54,596 bases of DNA from Octopus bimaculoides (taxonomy: Eukaryota): positions 17,961,320 through 18,015,915 of the forward strand of contig NC_068983.1 of assembly GCF_001194135.2 (NCBI RefSeq). Reading direction: 5' to 3'. Below are positions 1 to 12,854 of this stretch, in pieces. The position numbers and the translations under genes are program-made. The notes under the pieces are model-generated. The model was not told where the DNA came from and made no database searches. It saw only the letters and a program-made list of their open reading frames with translations. Every line of letters begins with the position of its first letter. Position 1 is the first letter of the stretch.

Positions 1-83
<83 letters not shown>

Positions 84-93
84 GTTATTATTA

Positions 94-139
<46 letters not shown>
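1..139. repeat. (TTA)n microsatellite
   Basis: Nearly pure ATT/TTA trinucleotide run from the window start into the left end of a mariner element. Confidence 0.98.
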
Positions 140-944
140 GGAGTCGAATCAAAAGTTTTGCAACATTTGCATGCGTCCTAGTTTGCAGCGGGTATATTAC
201 ATAACCGAAGCAGTTCAAGTCGTGGAATTTTCCAACTGAATTGCATAGCATCGTGTTAGTTGGTGCACTTTCACGTTGTGTATTGTTTTATTCTATATAT
301 GAGTATATGACTTCAAAGCCGCATAGATAGACGTGCAACGAAATCTAAATCGGAAACTTTACCTTTGTGAATTCGAACTGACTGGGCCATAATGCCACCG
401 AAGGAACCAAAAACATTTGTTCTTCGATAGGTGAAGGCGTGGTTAATCGCAGATAGTTCATGAAATTTCGTTCAGGTTACAAGAAACTTGATGATTAGTC
501 AAGATTAACTATGCCTAACACCGTGGACGCTGAGGGCGTGCAACAAACCATTGAGGCAGCCGGTGAGTAGCACTCAGAGAGTATCAGGAGATATCGGCGT
601 CTCACAGATGTATGCCATTGTGCGTCAAAAATAAGCGGCATTGGTTAAAAGAAAGTATGCTCTTCAACAGTAAGGCAACAAGAGGCTTCTGTTCTGTTCC
701 ATGGCTCACTTCATTTGGTCGCTACGCTTCAACAACGAAGAGAATGTAGACGATTCAGTAAATGAGTTCTTCGCCTCGAGGTACAAGAACTGGTATCAGC
801 GTGAGATCAAAACAACTGCCTGAAAGGTGGCTTCAGAGGATGCATCATGATGGCCTCTACATTCAATGCTAGACTACTTTTGTTATAACTTAAATAAAGG
901 AACTAAGGTACCAAATTATGGCAAAAGCATTTGATTCAACATAA
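136..944 (+). mobile_element. Internally deleted mariner transposon (transposase pseudogene, catalytic core removed)
   Basis: Degenerate TIRs ttatggagtcgaatcaaaagttttgcaacattt / aaattatggcaaaagcatttgattcaacataa flanked by TA (134-135, 945-946). N-terminal HTH remnant LGHNATEGTKNIC..GEGVVNRR*FMKFRSGYKKLDD (from ~382). C-terminal remnant FNNEENVDDSVNEFFASRYKNWYQREIK / QLPERWLQRMHHDGLY (~730-865). Stops and frameshifts present. Confidence 0.88.
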
Positions 945-1276
945 TATTATTATTGCTGCTGTTGTGCGATTATAAGTAAATACATAAATGCTGAATCTAT
1001 AGAGTAACAGAAAGCTTTTTTATTTACTTCTTTAGCGAGCAAAACAAAATATATAAACGCCTACGTTGTTTGGAAATACATTCGGTTGTTCGGTGCAAGT
1101 ACGCATTAGAGTAGAATATATATGTGCGCTATTCACGAACACAAAACAAGCATGCACACACAACAAAGACAAACGCATACACGCGAATTCATATATACGG
1201 ATGTGTGTATGTGTATGTGTGCGAATGTGCGTGCGTGCGAGTGTGTGTATAATAATGATATACACACACATACATG

Positions 1277-1326
<50 letters not shown>

Positions 1327-1970
1327 NNNNNNNNNNNNNNNNNNNNNNNNNNNNNNNNNNNNNNNNNNNNNNNNNNNNNNNNNNNNNNNNNNNNNNNNNN
1401 NNNNNNNNNNNNNNNNNNNNNNNNNNNNNNNNNNNNNNNNNNNNNNNNNNNNNNNNNNNNNNNNNNNNNNNNNNNNNNNNNNNNNNNNNNNNNNNNNNNN
1501 NNNNNNNNNNNNNNNNNNNNNNNNNNNNNNNNNNNNNNNNNNNNNNNNNNNNNNNNNNNNNNNNNNNNNNNNNNNNNNNNNNNNNNNNNNNNNNNNNNNN
1601 NNNNNNNNNNNNNNNNNNNNNNNNNNNNNNNNNNNNNNNNNNNNNNNNNNNNNNNNNNNNNNNNNNNNNNNNNNNNNNNNNNNNNNNNNNNNNNNNNNNN
1701 NNNNNNNNNNNNNNNNNNNNNNNNNNNNNNNNNNNNNNNNNNNNNNNNNNNNNNNNNNNNNNNNNNNNNNNNNNNNNNNNNNNNNNNNNNNNNNNNNNNN
1801 NNNNNNNNNNNNNNNNNNNNNNNNNNNNNNNNNNNNNNNNNNNNNNNNNNNNNNNNNNNNNNNNNNNNNNNNNNNNNNNNNNNNNNNNNNNNNNNNNNNN
1901 NNNNNNNNNNNNNNNNNNNNNNNNNNNNNNNNNNNNNNNNNNNNNNNNNNNNNNNNNNNNNNNNNNNNNN

Positions 1971-2017
<47 letters not shown>

Positions 2018-2702
2018 CATATATATATATGTATGTATGTATGTATACCCGTATGTATCGCGTTTATGCACCAACGTGTGTTTTTGTTGGTAAGCATATG
2101 CTAGCGTTTAACCGGGTGTATGAGTGTGTGTGGGTGTATGAATCTGTATTCATAAATGTGTGTATGTGTGTGTGTATACACATATACATATACATGTATG
2201 TTTGTATAATCTTTTATTCATAACAGCAGTACTGTCTTATTTTTCTGCCTCTTCTCTCACTCCTTAGAAATTCTTTCCCGACCATCCTTAGATTTATCGT
2301 GTTTTCTCTGCATGCGTTCGAAATAGAAAGAAAACGGTAAATCAAAATTGGCAAAACGAGTAAGTTCGTCTCTTAACAGCGTTCATAAGAGACTATTGTT
2401 GAGCTATCTACTGCAGACGAAATCACAGTAGATGCCTGGGAAAATCAATGGATTTCCAAGATCCATTCTTCAAATTCAAAGAAAGTAAATAGAATTTTCT
2501 TGCTCACATGCAATGGTCGAAATCAAACGTAGATCTACTGGACAGTATTATGAGAAGTGCGAATAGCTACACGAATGAAAACACGGACACTAAAGTTATA
2601 AAGAGCACCACGAACTTTGCTACACAATCGACTCTGTGTAAGATTGTCATGAAGTTGAATGATACGATGGACGATACAATGACAACAGAATAGAAACAAA
2701 CG

Positions 2703-2759
<57 letters not shown>

Positions 2760-2765
2760 CATCTA

Positions 2766-2816
<51 letters not shown>
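2703..2816. repeat. Compound (TATC)n-(TC)n microsatellite
   Basis: Direct reading. Confidence 0.97.
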
Positions 2817-2820
<4 letters not shown>

Positions 2821-3414
2821 ATATATATATATACACATGCACACACACACACTCAGAGATATATATGCATATATAAATACAAATACATACATACATTCAT
2901 ATATGCATACATACATACGTACATATTTGTATATANNNNNNNNNNNNNNNNNNNNNNNNNNNNNNNNNNNNNNNNNNNNNNNNNNNNNNNNNNNNNNNNN
3001 NNNNNNNNNNNNNNNNNNNNNNNNNNNNNNNNNNNNNNNNNNNNNNNNNNNNNNNNNNNNNNNNNNNNNNNNNNNNNNNNNNNNNNNNNNNNNNNNNNNN
3101 NNNNNNNNNNNNNNNNNNNNNNNNNNNNNNNNNNNNNNNNNNNNNNNNNNNNNNNNNNNNNNNNNNNNNNNNNNNNNNNNNNNNNNNNNNNNNNNNNNNN
3201 NNNNNNNNNNNNNNNNNNNNNNNNNNNNNNNNNNNNNNNNNNNNNNNNNNNNNNNNNNNNNNNNNNNNNNNNNNNNNNNNNNNNNNNNNNNNNNNNNNNN
3301 NNNNNNNNNNNNNNNNNNNNNNNNNNNNNNNNNNNNNNNNNNNNNNNNNNNNNNNNNNNNNNNNNNNNNNNNNNNNNNNNNNNNNNNNNNNNNNNNNNNN
3401 NNNNNNNNNNNNNN

Positions 3415-3453
<39 letters not shown>

Positions 3454-3977
3454 AAACATTAAATTCTCTTGGTAAACTTATAAATACAAAACCAGAAAGA
3501 CAAACACTTAGTTTCAGATACCTGTGGCTACTATATAAAAAGAGAAATAAAGTGTGGATATGATTATCCTAAGACCTAATCTTGTAAATGAATTTGTCCC
3601 CTAAATATAAAAGGGAAATAATAATAGCTCGACCCTCAGTAGCTTGTATCTTTGAATTTGTAGATTGTGCAAAGTATCAAGTACGAAATATTTTGCACGG
3701 ATTTGATTATGACAGATTTTAAAGATTGTTTAGTATAATGTGGAAGCAACTTTTCACACCAACTTCAATCTTCTCTTCTTGTGATTAGTTGTCGAAGCAG
3801 AAATACAAACAAACTATAGTAATAAATGTGTGGTCTATTTTCCCTCTAAAAAATAGTTGATCAACGGCTAATAAACCATAACCTAAGCGATCGAGGTTAG
3901 AGAGAGATAGAGAGAGAGAGAGAGAGAAAGAAAGAGAGAGAGGTTTAGTGGTAGAATTTCAAATAAAGGGATTCCCA

Positions 3978-4350
3978 GTTGTGGAAGTCAACTGCATATG
4001 TGATGCCAATGCAAGAAGAAAAATACAGGGAAATGATAATATTTCAGGGCCACTGATAAAGTGAAACATATACATTATATTCATCCACTTGGTATATCAT
4101 TTACAAGAGTAGGTCTTAGGATAACAATATCCACACTTATATATATATGTTCATATGTTCATGGCACAAAATAAATTTTAGGATTATAAGCATTCTTGGT
4201 AAAGAGGTAGGATATGTGCCAACATTTATCTGTCAATGTATGATTGAATTTGTATTCTTGGAGAAAGAATGTAGCGCCAAAATTCATACGCTAAAGATCA
4301 TCACGATATTTGGGACAATACAAGTCTGCAAGACCTTTAGAAGAATTAAG
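3978..4350 (+). mobile_element. R4/Dong-type non-LTR retrotransposon, degraded 3' REL-endonuclease fragment (copy A, possibly two pieces)
   Basis: VVEVNCICDANARRKIQGNDNISGPLIK from 3978 and FRIISILGKEVGYVP...LKIITIFGTIQVCKTF (4177-4338) align without gaps to copy C (VEISCPAEVNITLKIREKENNY; FRFIPVIVGALGYV...LQFQAINGTVNISKTF). Confidence 0.6.
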
Positions 4351-4399
4351 TCAATTATGATTAAAAGACTATTCAATGCTGCTCTATTTACAGCCTCGC

Positions 4400-4837
4400 C
4401 ACGAGTATGCACCCACTCAAAATACAACTCAAATTCCCGTTCAGGGAGAGAAAAAATATGCCCTGTTGTGAAAATCAGACGTTCGTTGGACATGAATATG
4501 GTCAGAAAAAAAAACAGCAGAAAGAAATGTCTAAGAAACGTTCGTAAAGTGTTTACAAATTCAGTGCCCAGGATAAACTTTTACTTTCATACTTTTACAG
4601 CTAGCTGGGGTACAGTATGGGTGCTCTTAGGTTTTGGAGGTACCTATGCGGTTCTTTAATTCGAACACTACAAATAATGATGATATTGGAGGCTATAAAA
4701 ATCTGCAAAGCCTTCGAAAGATTTAAATGATGATGAACGAGACAAGATATTTTACTTCACAATTTTGCTACCAAGCAGGTGGCTGGTTAAAATTTACTCT
4801 AAATTTAAAAAGAGAACAAGAAAACAGAAATTCAAGT
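4400..4837 (+). mobile_element. R4/Dong-type non-LTR retrotransposon, degraded 3' REL fragment (copy B)
   Basis: REKICPVVKIRRSLDMN (from 4447), PG*TFTFI, MGALR, LIRTLQIMMILEAIKICKAFERFK* (stop 4728-4730) are collinear with copy C. Followed by tacatacatac at 4839-4849. Confidence 0.55.
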
Positions 4838-5020
4838 ATACATACATACCAATATATACACATCCATATATAAAAAACATGTTTTTAAAAGGTAATATTT
4901 AAAAATACGTATACTAGAAATATGTAGTCAGAAGAAATAACATGGGGCTTATATTTCGATAAAAGATGACGGCTTTTTACGGATTATATGGCACAAAAAA
5001 CATGCCATAGTAATTTACAA

Positions 5021-5102
5021 TACATAGATACATAGATACATAGATACATACATAGATACATACATACATACATACATACATACATACATACATACATACA
5101 TA
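5021..5102. repeat. (TAGATACA)n/(TACA)n microsatellite at the 5' junction of R4-type copy C
   Basis: Direct reading. Confidence 0.95.
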
Positions 5103-5621
5103 GTAGAAATCAGCTGTCCTGCGGAAGTCAACATCACACTAAAGATTAGAGAAAAAGAGAACAACTACGCCGAGCTACTGAGAAATTTGCAGATACTCCA
5201 CCCAGACTACAAGTTCAGATTCATACCCGTGATTGTTGGGGCATTGGGATATGTAACGAACTGCCTCAACAAAAACCTGGAAAAATTAGGGTTCCTAAAA
5301 CCTGAGAAAAAGGCTGATTAGAAGACTACAGTTTCAAGCCATCAATGGAACTGTAAATATAAGTAAAACTTTCCAAAAATTTAGCACACAAATACATATG
5401 CATTTATTTAGACATGAAAATATATAAATAAAAACGCATCCATTAAACAAACATACAAATTTGCGCACACACTAACACCAAATACTGCACACACACACAC
5501 ACACATATGCACAAATACCTAGATGATGTTGATAAAAGTTTCAATGATGGAGCCTTGAATCTATGTTAGAGTCCGGCTCTTTCTCTATTGACAAGAAATA
5601 CAGAAATGAAACTGATTGATA
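5103..5621 (+). mobile_element. 5'-truncated R4/Dong-type non-LTR retrotransposon (REL C-terminus plus 3' UTR; copy C)
   Basis: Frame VEISCPAEVNITLKIREKENNYAELLRNLQILHPDYKFRFIPVIVGALGYVTNCLNKNLEKLGF, then after one frameshift RLIRRLQFQAINGTVNISKTF. The E-x-x-C-P...K..Y..L...PVIVGALG pattern is the REL domain C-terminus. (ACAT)n resumes at 5622-5635. Confidence 0.8.
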
Positions 5622-6365
5622 ACATACATACATACAAAACAAGCAAATCGTATATATAACTCTTGGCACCTCTAGTGAATTACAGATAAGTATCAAGACA
5701 ATTATTTTTTCTGACAGTGTCTGGATAATTCCAACCATTTCTAAATATATAAAGCTATTCGCATTGAAATTATATTTCATTTAGCAAAGAAGAGTTACTT
5801 CTGTTACACTATTTTAATTCAGTTCAGTGATTTCATTCATTAACTTATTGCCAATGGACATCTGGAAGGCAAAGGCGCACCAACTCTGAAATATTTACAA
5901 TGACACCACGCAACCAACCAGATTATAAAACATAACAACTGAAAAGAATTAATATCGTATTCACAAGGAAACATATTTTCATAAACAGAACGATGACAAA
6001 TCTATATAAATATTCATTAGAATTATAATATAATGATTTCATTGTACACAGAAATATACCATATCGAATGAAATATGAATATGTTGGACGCAATAAAACC
6101 GAAACCAGTCTTTAAGGCTCCTCATTTGCAATTTACAACCTTAGGATAATTAGCTTTCTACACAATCGCTTTGTAGTACATCATCCAATATAGAAACCAT
6201 TGTATATGTGTATATGTGCATTTATGCAAATACTAATTGTGTATGACTAAATATTCTCTACATTTTAAAAACTTTCTTTGCTCCAAATTTAACCTCGCTT
6301 TTTCTTTCCTTTATTCATTTCGCTCTTCCCCTCTCTCAAAGAGAGCGTAACACTCAGCACACACG

Positions 6366-6398
<33 letters not shown>

Positions 6399-7873
6399 GC
6401 ACACACACGCGCGCACACACACGCACAAACAAGCACAGACACACACATGCAAACATTCAAATAACCATGTGGTGTCATATTTAATGAACGTAAATCTATG
6501 GCGGGCAAGTTAATGTGTTTTTCTTCCGAAATATGATATGTTATTGTATCTAAAAATAAGGTACGTGGTAAGGCGAGGAAAAAGCGTCTGCAGAGTAGCT
6601 AACAAGAATACCAGGAGAATTTCGGCCTTGTTGGGCCTTGACAATGATGCATATTACAACCTCATGCCTGAATGAGATATATCACTTCCAATTGAGGAAA
6701 CATTGAAGGTGAATAGGTTTCGTGATGAATAATAACTCGGTGTGCGTAAATGAAGCAATATTAAATCAAGATAGCTGTGTACATATCATATTTATTATAT
6801 ATACACCATAGACGTATAAGTTACGGATCTACGAATCTGATTATAACAGAAAAAAAAAAGCCTTGAAAATACAAAACTTGACAAGGTTTGAAGAAATCAG
6901 AATTCCTTTTATAATAATTTACAAGAGAGATCGTGAAATATTCAAAGAGTGACAACCTATAATCCCTCATGAACAGAAGTAATAATTCGTAGTTAAAGAA
7001 AGTCAACTATCATAAACACTCACAATAGCATAAGAAATGACCGTGATAATCACAATCTACTAAAACATTCCGAGGAAGATAGGATAACACCAATACCAGA
7101 TATTTTCGCATTTAGAACCACTCCTTCTAAATAAATAACTAAATAAAAATAAAATAAAACGAGACTGGACAAAAATGACTCACAACGAAACAAAACAAAA
7201 GAAAAACCTTGTTTTTAAATAGAAAGATATGCAAAGAAAGACGAAAGAAAACATTTTTGAAACTAATATTCAAAGAAATACTCAAAAGTAATAAATCTAA
7301 CACGAAGAAACGTCTTGAAAAGAGTTATAAGAATCGAACGCCAAAAGTAAATTGGAAACACTCAGCATGCTACTGAGATTAATTATCGTTATTTGGATTA
7401 CCATTTAATACGTTTGTTTGAAAAACCTGAAGGTGGCGAAAGGCGCTTAAGAAAGCTCGAAAATTGTTAAAATTTTATAAAATATAATCTATGAACTTTT
7501 AAATTAAGAAAGGCTGTATCATAAATTTTTCCAACGAATATATATATATATATATATATATNNNNNNNNNNNNNNNNNNNNNNNNNNNNNNNNNNNNNNN
7601 NNNNNNNNNNNNNNNNNNNNNNNNNNNNNNNNNNNNNNNNNNNNNNNNNNNNNNNNNNNNNNNNNNNNNNNNNNNNNNNNNNNNNNNNNNNNNNNNNNNN
7701 NNNNNNNNNNNNNNNNNNNNNNNNNNNNNNNNNNNNNNNNNNNNNNNNNNNNNNNNNNNNNNNNNNNNNNNNNNNNNNNNNNNNNNNNNNNNNNNNNNNN
7801 NNNNNNNNNNNNNNNNNNNNNNNNNNNNNNNNNNNNNNNNNNNNNNNNNNNNNNNNNNNNNNNNNNNNNNNNN

Positions 7874-7991
7874 GTTTCGGGTTCATTCCCACTGCGTGGC
7901 ACCTTGGGTAAGAGTCTTCTACTATAGCCTCGGGCCGACCAAAGCCTTGTGAGTGGATTTGGTAGACGGAAACTGAAAGAAGCCCGTCGTA

Positions 7992-8034
<43 letters not shown>

Positions 8035-8229
8035 CTGTGTTTGTCCTCCCAACATCGCTACACAAGCGATGCTGGTGTGTTTACATCCCTGTAACTTAGC
8101 GGTTCGGCAAAAGAGACCAATAGAATAAGTACTAGGCATCCAAAGAATAAGTCCTGGGGTCGATTTGCTCGACTAAAGGTGGTGCTCCAGCATGGCCACA
8201 GTCAAATGATTGAAACAAGTAAAAGAGTA
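7874..8229 (+). mobile_element. tRNA-derived SINE family 1 (Octopus-type), 5' end hidden in gap
   Basis: B-box-like gggttcattcc, body ccttgtgagtggatttggtagacggaaactgaaagaagcccgtcg, internal (TA)n(TG)n linker, 3' end ctccagcatggccacagtcaaatgattgaaacaagtaaaagag; collinear with 12074-12463. Confidence 0.92.
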
Positions 8230-8354
8230 TACCAATGAAATTAAGCTATAAAAGAATAGATGTATAAAAGTATAGATGTATAAAGATATATAGAGATACC
8301 TTTAGAATTACAATCGTATTAAAAGGTGTTGCACAATACAGAAAGAAAATTTAC

Positions 8355-8387
<33 letters not shown>

Positions 8388-8485
8388 ATTTGTGTATATG
8401 TGTATATATAAATATACATACATGTATAGATACATACATACACACACACGCACACACGCACACATACACACACACACACACATAT

Positions 8486-8936
8486 CGTAACATATAATTG
8501 CTAACCAAGTGTGGCGTCCCATAAAGGACAGTGCTACTGACGTTTATGGCCCCAGGAAGACAACTCTTCTAGCTGGGTAACGACACATATACGTGTCCGA
8601 TTAGTATTTGCGAGGGGAGGTCATCTCTTCCATCCTTAGCCTTACGTGACACACACGGACTCAATTTTCTACGTGGTTACCCGTCCTCAGCGTTTGTTAA
8701 TCACCAGCTAATGATGAAAACTCACCCCACTCGCAAGACGGTCAACCACTCAGAAACTCGAGTGGGTGTGCATCACGTAAGGCTAGGGATGGGAGCGATG
8801 ACTCCCCCTCGCAAATACTAATCGGACACAGAATGTGTGTCGTTAGCCAACTGGAAAAGATGTCCTCCTGGGGCTATAAACCTCAGTAGCATTGCCTCTT
8901 GTAGGACGCCACCTTGGTTGACAATTATATGTTACG
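8486..8936. mobile_element. 451-bp palindromic (foldback) element with ~200-bp inverted arms
   Basis: Termini cgtaacatataattgctaaccaag / cttggttgacaattatatgttacg. Arms align throughout (e.g. gtgtccgattagtatttgcgagggg and its reverse complement) with ~50-bp spacer at ~8686-8736. Confidence 0.9.
8652..8696 (-). ncRNA. Candidate degenerate minimal type I hammerhead ribozyme in left arm of the palindrome
   Basis: Minus strand: caaacg-CTGAGGA-cgggtaaccacgta-GAAA-attga-GTC|cgtgtg. Stem I caaacg/cgtgtg pairs 5 of 6; stem II is irregular. Confidence 0.4.
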
Positions 8937-9577
8937 GTTCCGTGTTGCTACTGTTTACATCTCGCTCAGAGATTTAATATCGGGCAGTCGCGCGTATATA
9001 TATGAAAGATACTGTGTACAAGTTTGTTTTGATAGTTGAATTGTTATATACACATATTCTAAAGATCTTGTAATAATTTTTGATGAATTATGTGCAAATT
9101 GTTAGTAAAATTGTATTGTGTAGGATTGTGTTTCTCTCTGTATGAAGAATGGTGGCAAAAGAATCTAGCTTATATTTTAACTAGAATAATAGCGCTTCGG
9201 CTTATAATTTTCTACATGACTGTTTGTGTAAGAAGTTCGCATGGTAACCATTTTTTTGACCGGTTTGTCTACAGATGCTTGATTTGTATCCTTTGGTAAG
9301 AAGGGAAGGCAGTACTTATGAAAATTCTCAGTTCCTTTGAGACTGATATCTGTGGCGGATGGATATATACTCAAACTGAAGACTTGATGCGAATGCTTGC
9401 AACTAAATAGGCTCGGTTAAACAAACGTGCTACGTGTGGAGTAAACTGGTGTGACAGTATATCACGGCTATCCAAGAAGACTTGGACAGGATTTCAACTC
9501 AAATGGAAAGGAGAAGAAACTAATATCAAAATATACCATCCATCACTCTTTCAGTTCCATTAATTTGCCGTTTAGGG

Positions 9578-9706
9578 CTGGTACTTTTTAGCGACCCCAA
9601 AAGGATGAATGGTAAAGTTGACACCCGTAGGATTCGAACTCAGAGAACAAGGCATCGGTCAAATACCATGAGGCATTTAGCCTGACGTTCTAGTAACTCT
9701 GATAAT
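9578..9706 (-). mobile_element. tRNA-derived SINE family 2, degraded
   Basis: gcgaccccaaaaggatgaatggtaaagttgacacccgtaggattcgaactcaga matches 41995-42046 (atcgaccccgaaaggatgaaaggcaaagtcgacctcggcagaatttgaactcaga). Confidence 0.8.
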
Positions 9707-10237
9707 TCGTCATTGGGTGTTCTATTACACCTTCAGTAGCATCCTTGATTCTGAACAAATTTTGTTTAGGAAAAATACACGAAGCGCTTGTTTATTAATT
9801 TTGTTTTTTGGTTATGGACAGCCTAAGATTATGCATTGTTTTTGTAATATAGTTTAGTTGAAAGAATTTTGATTAAAGCAGACTATGCCAGAAATTCTGT
9901 AAGATGTAATTCCTCTTCTTTTTATGCAAAATAATGATAGAAATCATTAATTTCCGACGCACGGGAAATAGTCGGAAAGGAAGAAATAAAGAAAGAACGA
10001 AGAAAGAAAAAAATGCAACAAATAGATAGAAACGGGGTAATAAATAGATAGCCAAGAAATTTAGCAACAAAAGAAGGAGTATGAAAGTGAATGAAAAACA
10101 AACGAGTGAATGAAAGAAATGAAATAAAGAAAATAAAAGGGAAGAAATAATATAGAAAGTATAACAAATTAATTGGTCAGTGAAATGCTTTCCTTGGGTC
10201 ACATCAGAAAAATCCGGACGGATCTATTGTCTCTTGA

Positions 10238-10333
<96 letters not shown>

Positions 10334-10593
10334 GGACGGAAATCCTTCAAACATCCAGGTCAACCGGTACAGTCCAGGTAAAGAATATATATAAATTTGT
10401 AGATGTTCAGCTATGTGCTAGAAATGGAATGATTGCATCTCGTGTCTTTTATTCAGCCATAAATTTTCAATGACTTGCATTATGACATTCATCTTTTTGT
10501 GAACTGGGATATAACGTAAGGTAAATTTCCTGCTATTTGTAGTAGCTCGATCGAGGCTGCGGTATTGGGTAAAATCATTAATAGATGATAATA

Positions 10594-11122
10594 TAAGAAG
10601 GGGTACCCAAAAGAAGCCAGCAGTTTGAAATATTATTTTATTGACTTAGTTTTACATGTTTACACTTTTATCGCCTTCAAACTATTCTTTCATCTGAATC
10701 GATTCATCGGCTTAGACGCTTTTTCCAGTATTTGAAGCAGTGCTAGAAATCTTGCGTTTTTTTCTTCACTTCTTCCCCATCTGCAAATTTCGTAGTACCA
10801 GCTTTTGTCACCAATGATGACCTTCGAAAAAAGTCCAGATCAATTTCCAACTGTTCTTTCAGTTCACGACACGAATTCGGTCGTGACTACTTTTGATGTT
10901 CCGTGAGCAAGCGAAGCACAATTTTTGCTGCAACTCTTTTCATTTGCAGTTCCATGTGCAAAATTCGAGTCATATCAATTGTTTGGTGACGGTCCTCCAA
11001 GACTAGTTCATGAATTTGCGTGATGTTTCTATTCCTTCAGGACGACGAGAATCGTCCTGGACGAAGTTGGTCTTCAAGCGACAAGTGACTATTTCTAAAG
11101 TGCGGAAACTACTCGTAAACTT
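10594..11122 (-). mobile_element. Mariner transposase remnant with one TIR, internally deleted
   Basis: Minus-strand reading: SLEDQLRPGR (HTH), KRVAAKIVLRLLTEHQK (WVPxxL equivalent), KVIIGDKSWYY (first catalytic D motif), then jumps to C-terminal YWKKRLSR..FEGD. Terminus gaaggggtacccaaaagaagcc at ~10596-10618. Confidence 0.8.
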
Positions 11123-11307
11123 CTTTTTATTTATTTAATTTTTTTTATTAAAAACCGTTGATGTATATAATGTCAAAGGCAATTTATAGAAAGAGGAGGA
11201 GGAAGAAAGAAATTAGCAGAAAATTAAATTAAAAGTGGTGAAATATAGTGTGATAGGTGAATAGGAATAAACGTTAAAGGCATGGAAATAGATATATATG
11301 TATAAAT

Positions 11308-11352
<45 letters not shown>

Positions 11353-11372
11353 CATACATACATACATACATG

Positions 11373-11410
<38 letters not shown>

Positions 11411-11954
11411 GATAATAATAATATTTTGCACAAATAAATATAAGTCAATTAGTGTGTTTAAATGTAAAGTAGAGCACCGGCACAGTTTAGGCAACTTGTC
11501 ATCCGCAGTCGGGATACATTTCTGTTGGATATACTTCAGGAACTCTGCGGTGGGAGTTAGAGTAATAATATTAATTAACAGGAGATGGATTCGGTATTAG
11601 ATCTATACTGCGTACAATAGATGTCTCGATCCATCCGTCTAGGTCTCATCAGTTACATCGATAAAGATGTGTCCCACAACATTTTTAGTCTCGGCTGACT
11701 AGTTATATGTCCACCAAATTTGGGAATGCATAAAAGCAACTAATATTACAGAAACGCAAAAAAAATTCAAATATGAACGTAGACATCTTGCGTTCCTGTT
11801 TAGATAACATAACCTAATCAACTTTCGCTGTCATAACTGCTTAGAGGAAAAGAATGGAGAAAGTGAAAAGAAAACTATTCTTAGTAAAGTAGTTTTATGT
11901 TCATACACATATATACAGACAGATGGATAGAGAGAGACGGTAAGAGAGAGACAC

Positions 11955-11999
<45 letters not shown>

Positions 12000-12073
12000 A
12001 ACACATATATATGAATGCACACATCACACAGATAGAAACACACCCCCACACATATATATATCCATATATAATA

Positions 12074-12463
12074 GTCGCAGGAGTGGCTGTGTGGTAAGTA
12101 GCTTGCACACCGACCACATGGTTCCGGGTTCAGTCCCATGCCGTGGCATCTTGGGCAAGTATCTTCTACTAATGCCTCGGGCCGATCAAAGCCTTGTGAG
12201 TGGATTTGGTAGACAGGAAGTGAAAGAAGTCCGTCGTATATATGTATATGTATATATATGTGTGTGTGTGTTTGTCCCCCCAACATCGCTTGACAACCGA
12301 TGGTGGTGTGTTTACGTCCCCGTAACTTACCGGTTCGGCAAAAGAGACCGATAGAATAAGTACTAAGCTTACAAAGAATAAGTCCCGGGGTCGATTTGCT
12401 CTACTAAAGGCGGTGCTCCAGCATGGCCGCAGCCAAATGACTGAAACAAGTAAAAGAATAAAA
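12074..12463 (+). mobile_element. Full-length tRNA-derived SINE family 1
   Basis: A box tggctgtgtgg 12084-12094, B box gggttcagtcc 12126-12136, conserved body, internal (TA/TG)n linker, 3' tail gtaaaagaataaaag. Confidence 0.95.
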
Positions 12464-12797
12464 GTGTATATATGTATATACATGTGATTATTTTGTAAGG
12501 ACTGAAGGCACATCAGTTCGCCGGACACCGAAAATGTATTGAAGAAACGAAACACNNNNNNNNNNNNNNNNNNNNNNNNNNNNNNNNNNNNNNNNNNNNN
12601 NNNNNNNNNNNNNNNNNNNNNNNNNNNNNNNNNNNNNNNNNNNNNNNNNNNNNNNNNNNNNNNNNNNNNNNNNNNNNNNNNNNNNNNNNNNNNNNNNNNN
12701 NNNNNNNNNNNNNNNNNNNNNNNNNNNNNNNNNNNNNNNNNNNNNNNNNNNNNNNNNNNNNNNNNNNNNNNNNNNNNNNNNNNNNNNNNNNNNNNNN

Positions 12798-12854
<57 letters not shown>

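Noticed and set aside
6611-6650. Minus-strand ggcc[caacaa]ggcc-GAAA hammerhead-like stem II
   Set aside because: The CUGANGA box is absent (ttgtcaa) and there is no convincing stem I or III.
6949-7135. VTTYNP...AFR motif reminiscent of a Penelope RT C-terminus
   Set aside because: Only two short motifs, with stops and atypical spacing; cannot be supported without an HMM search.
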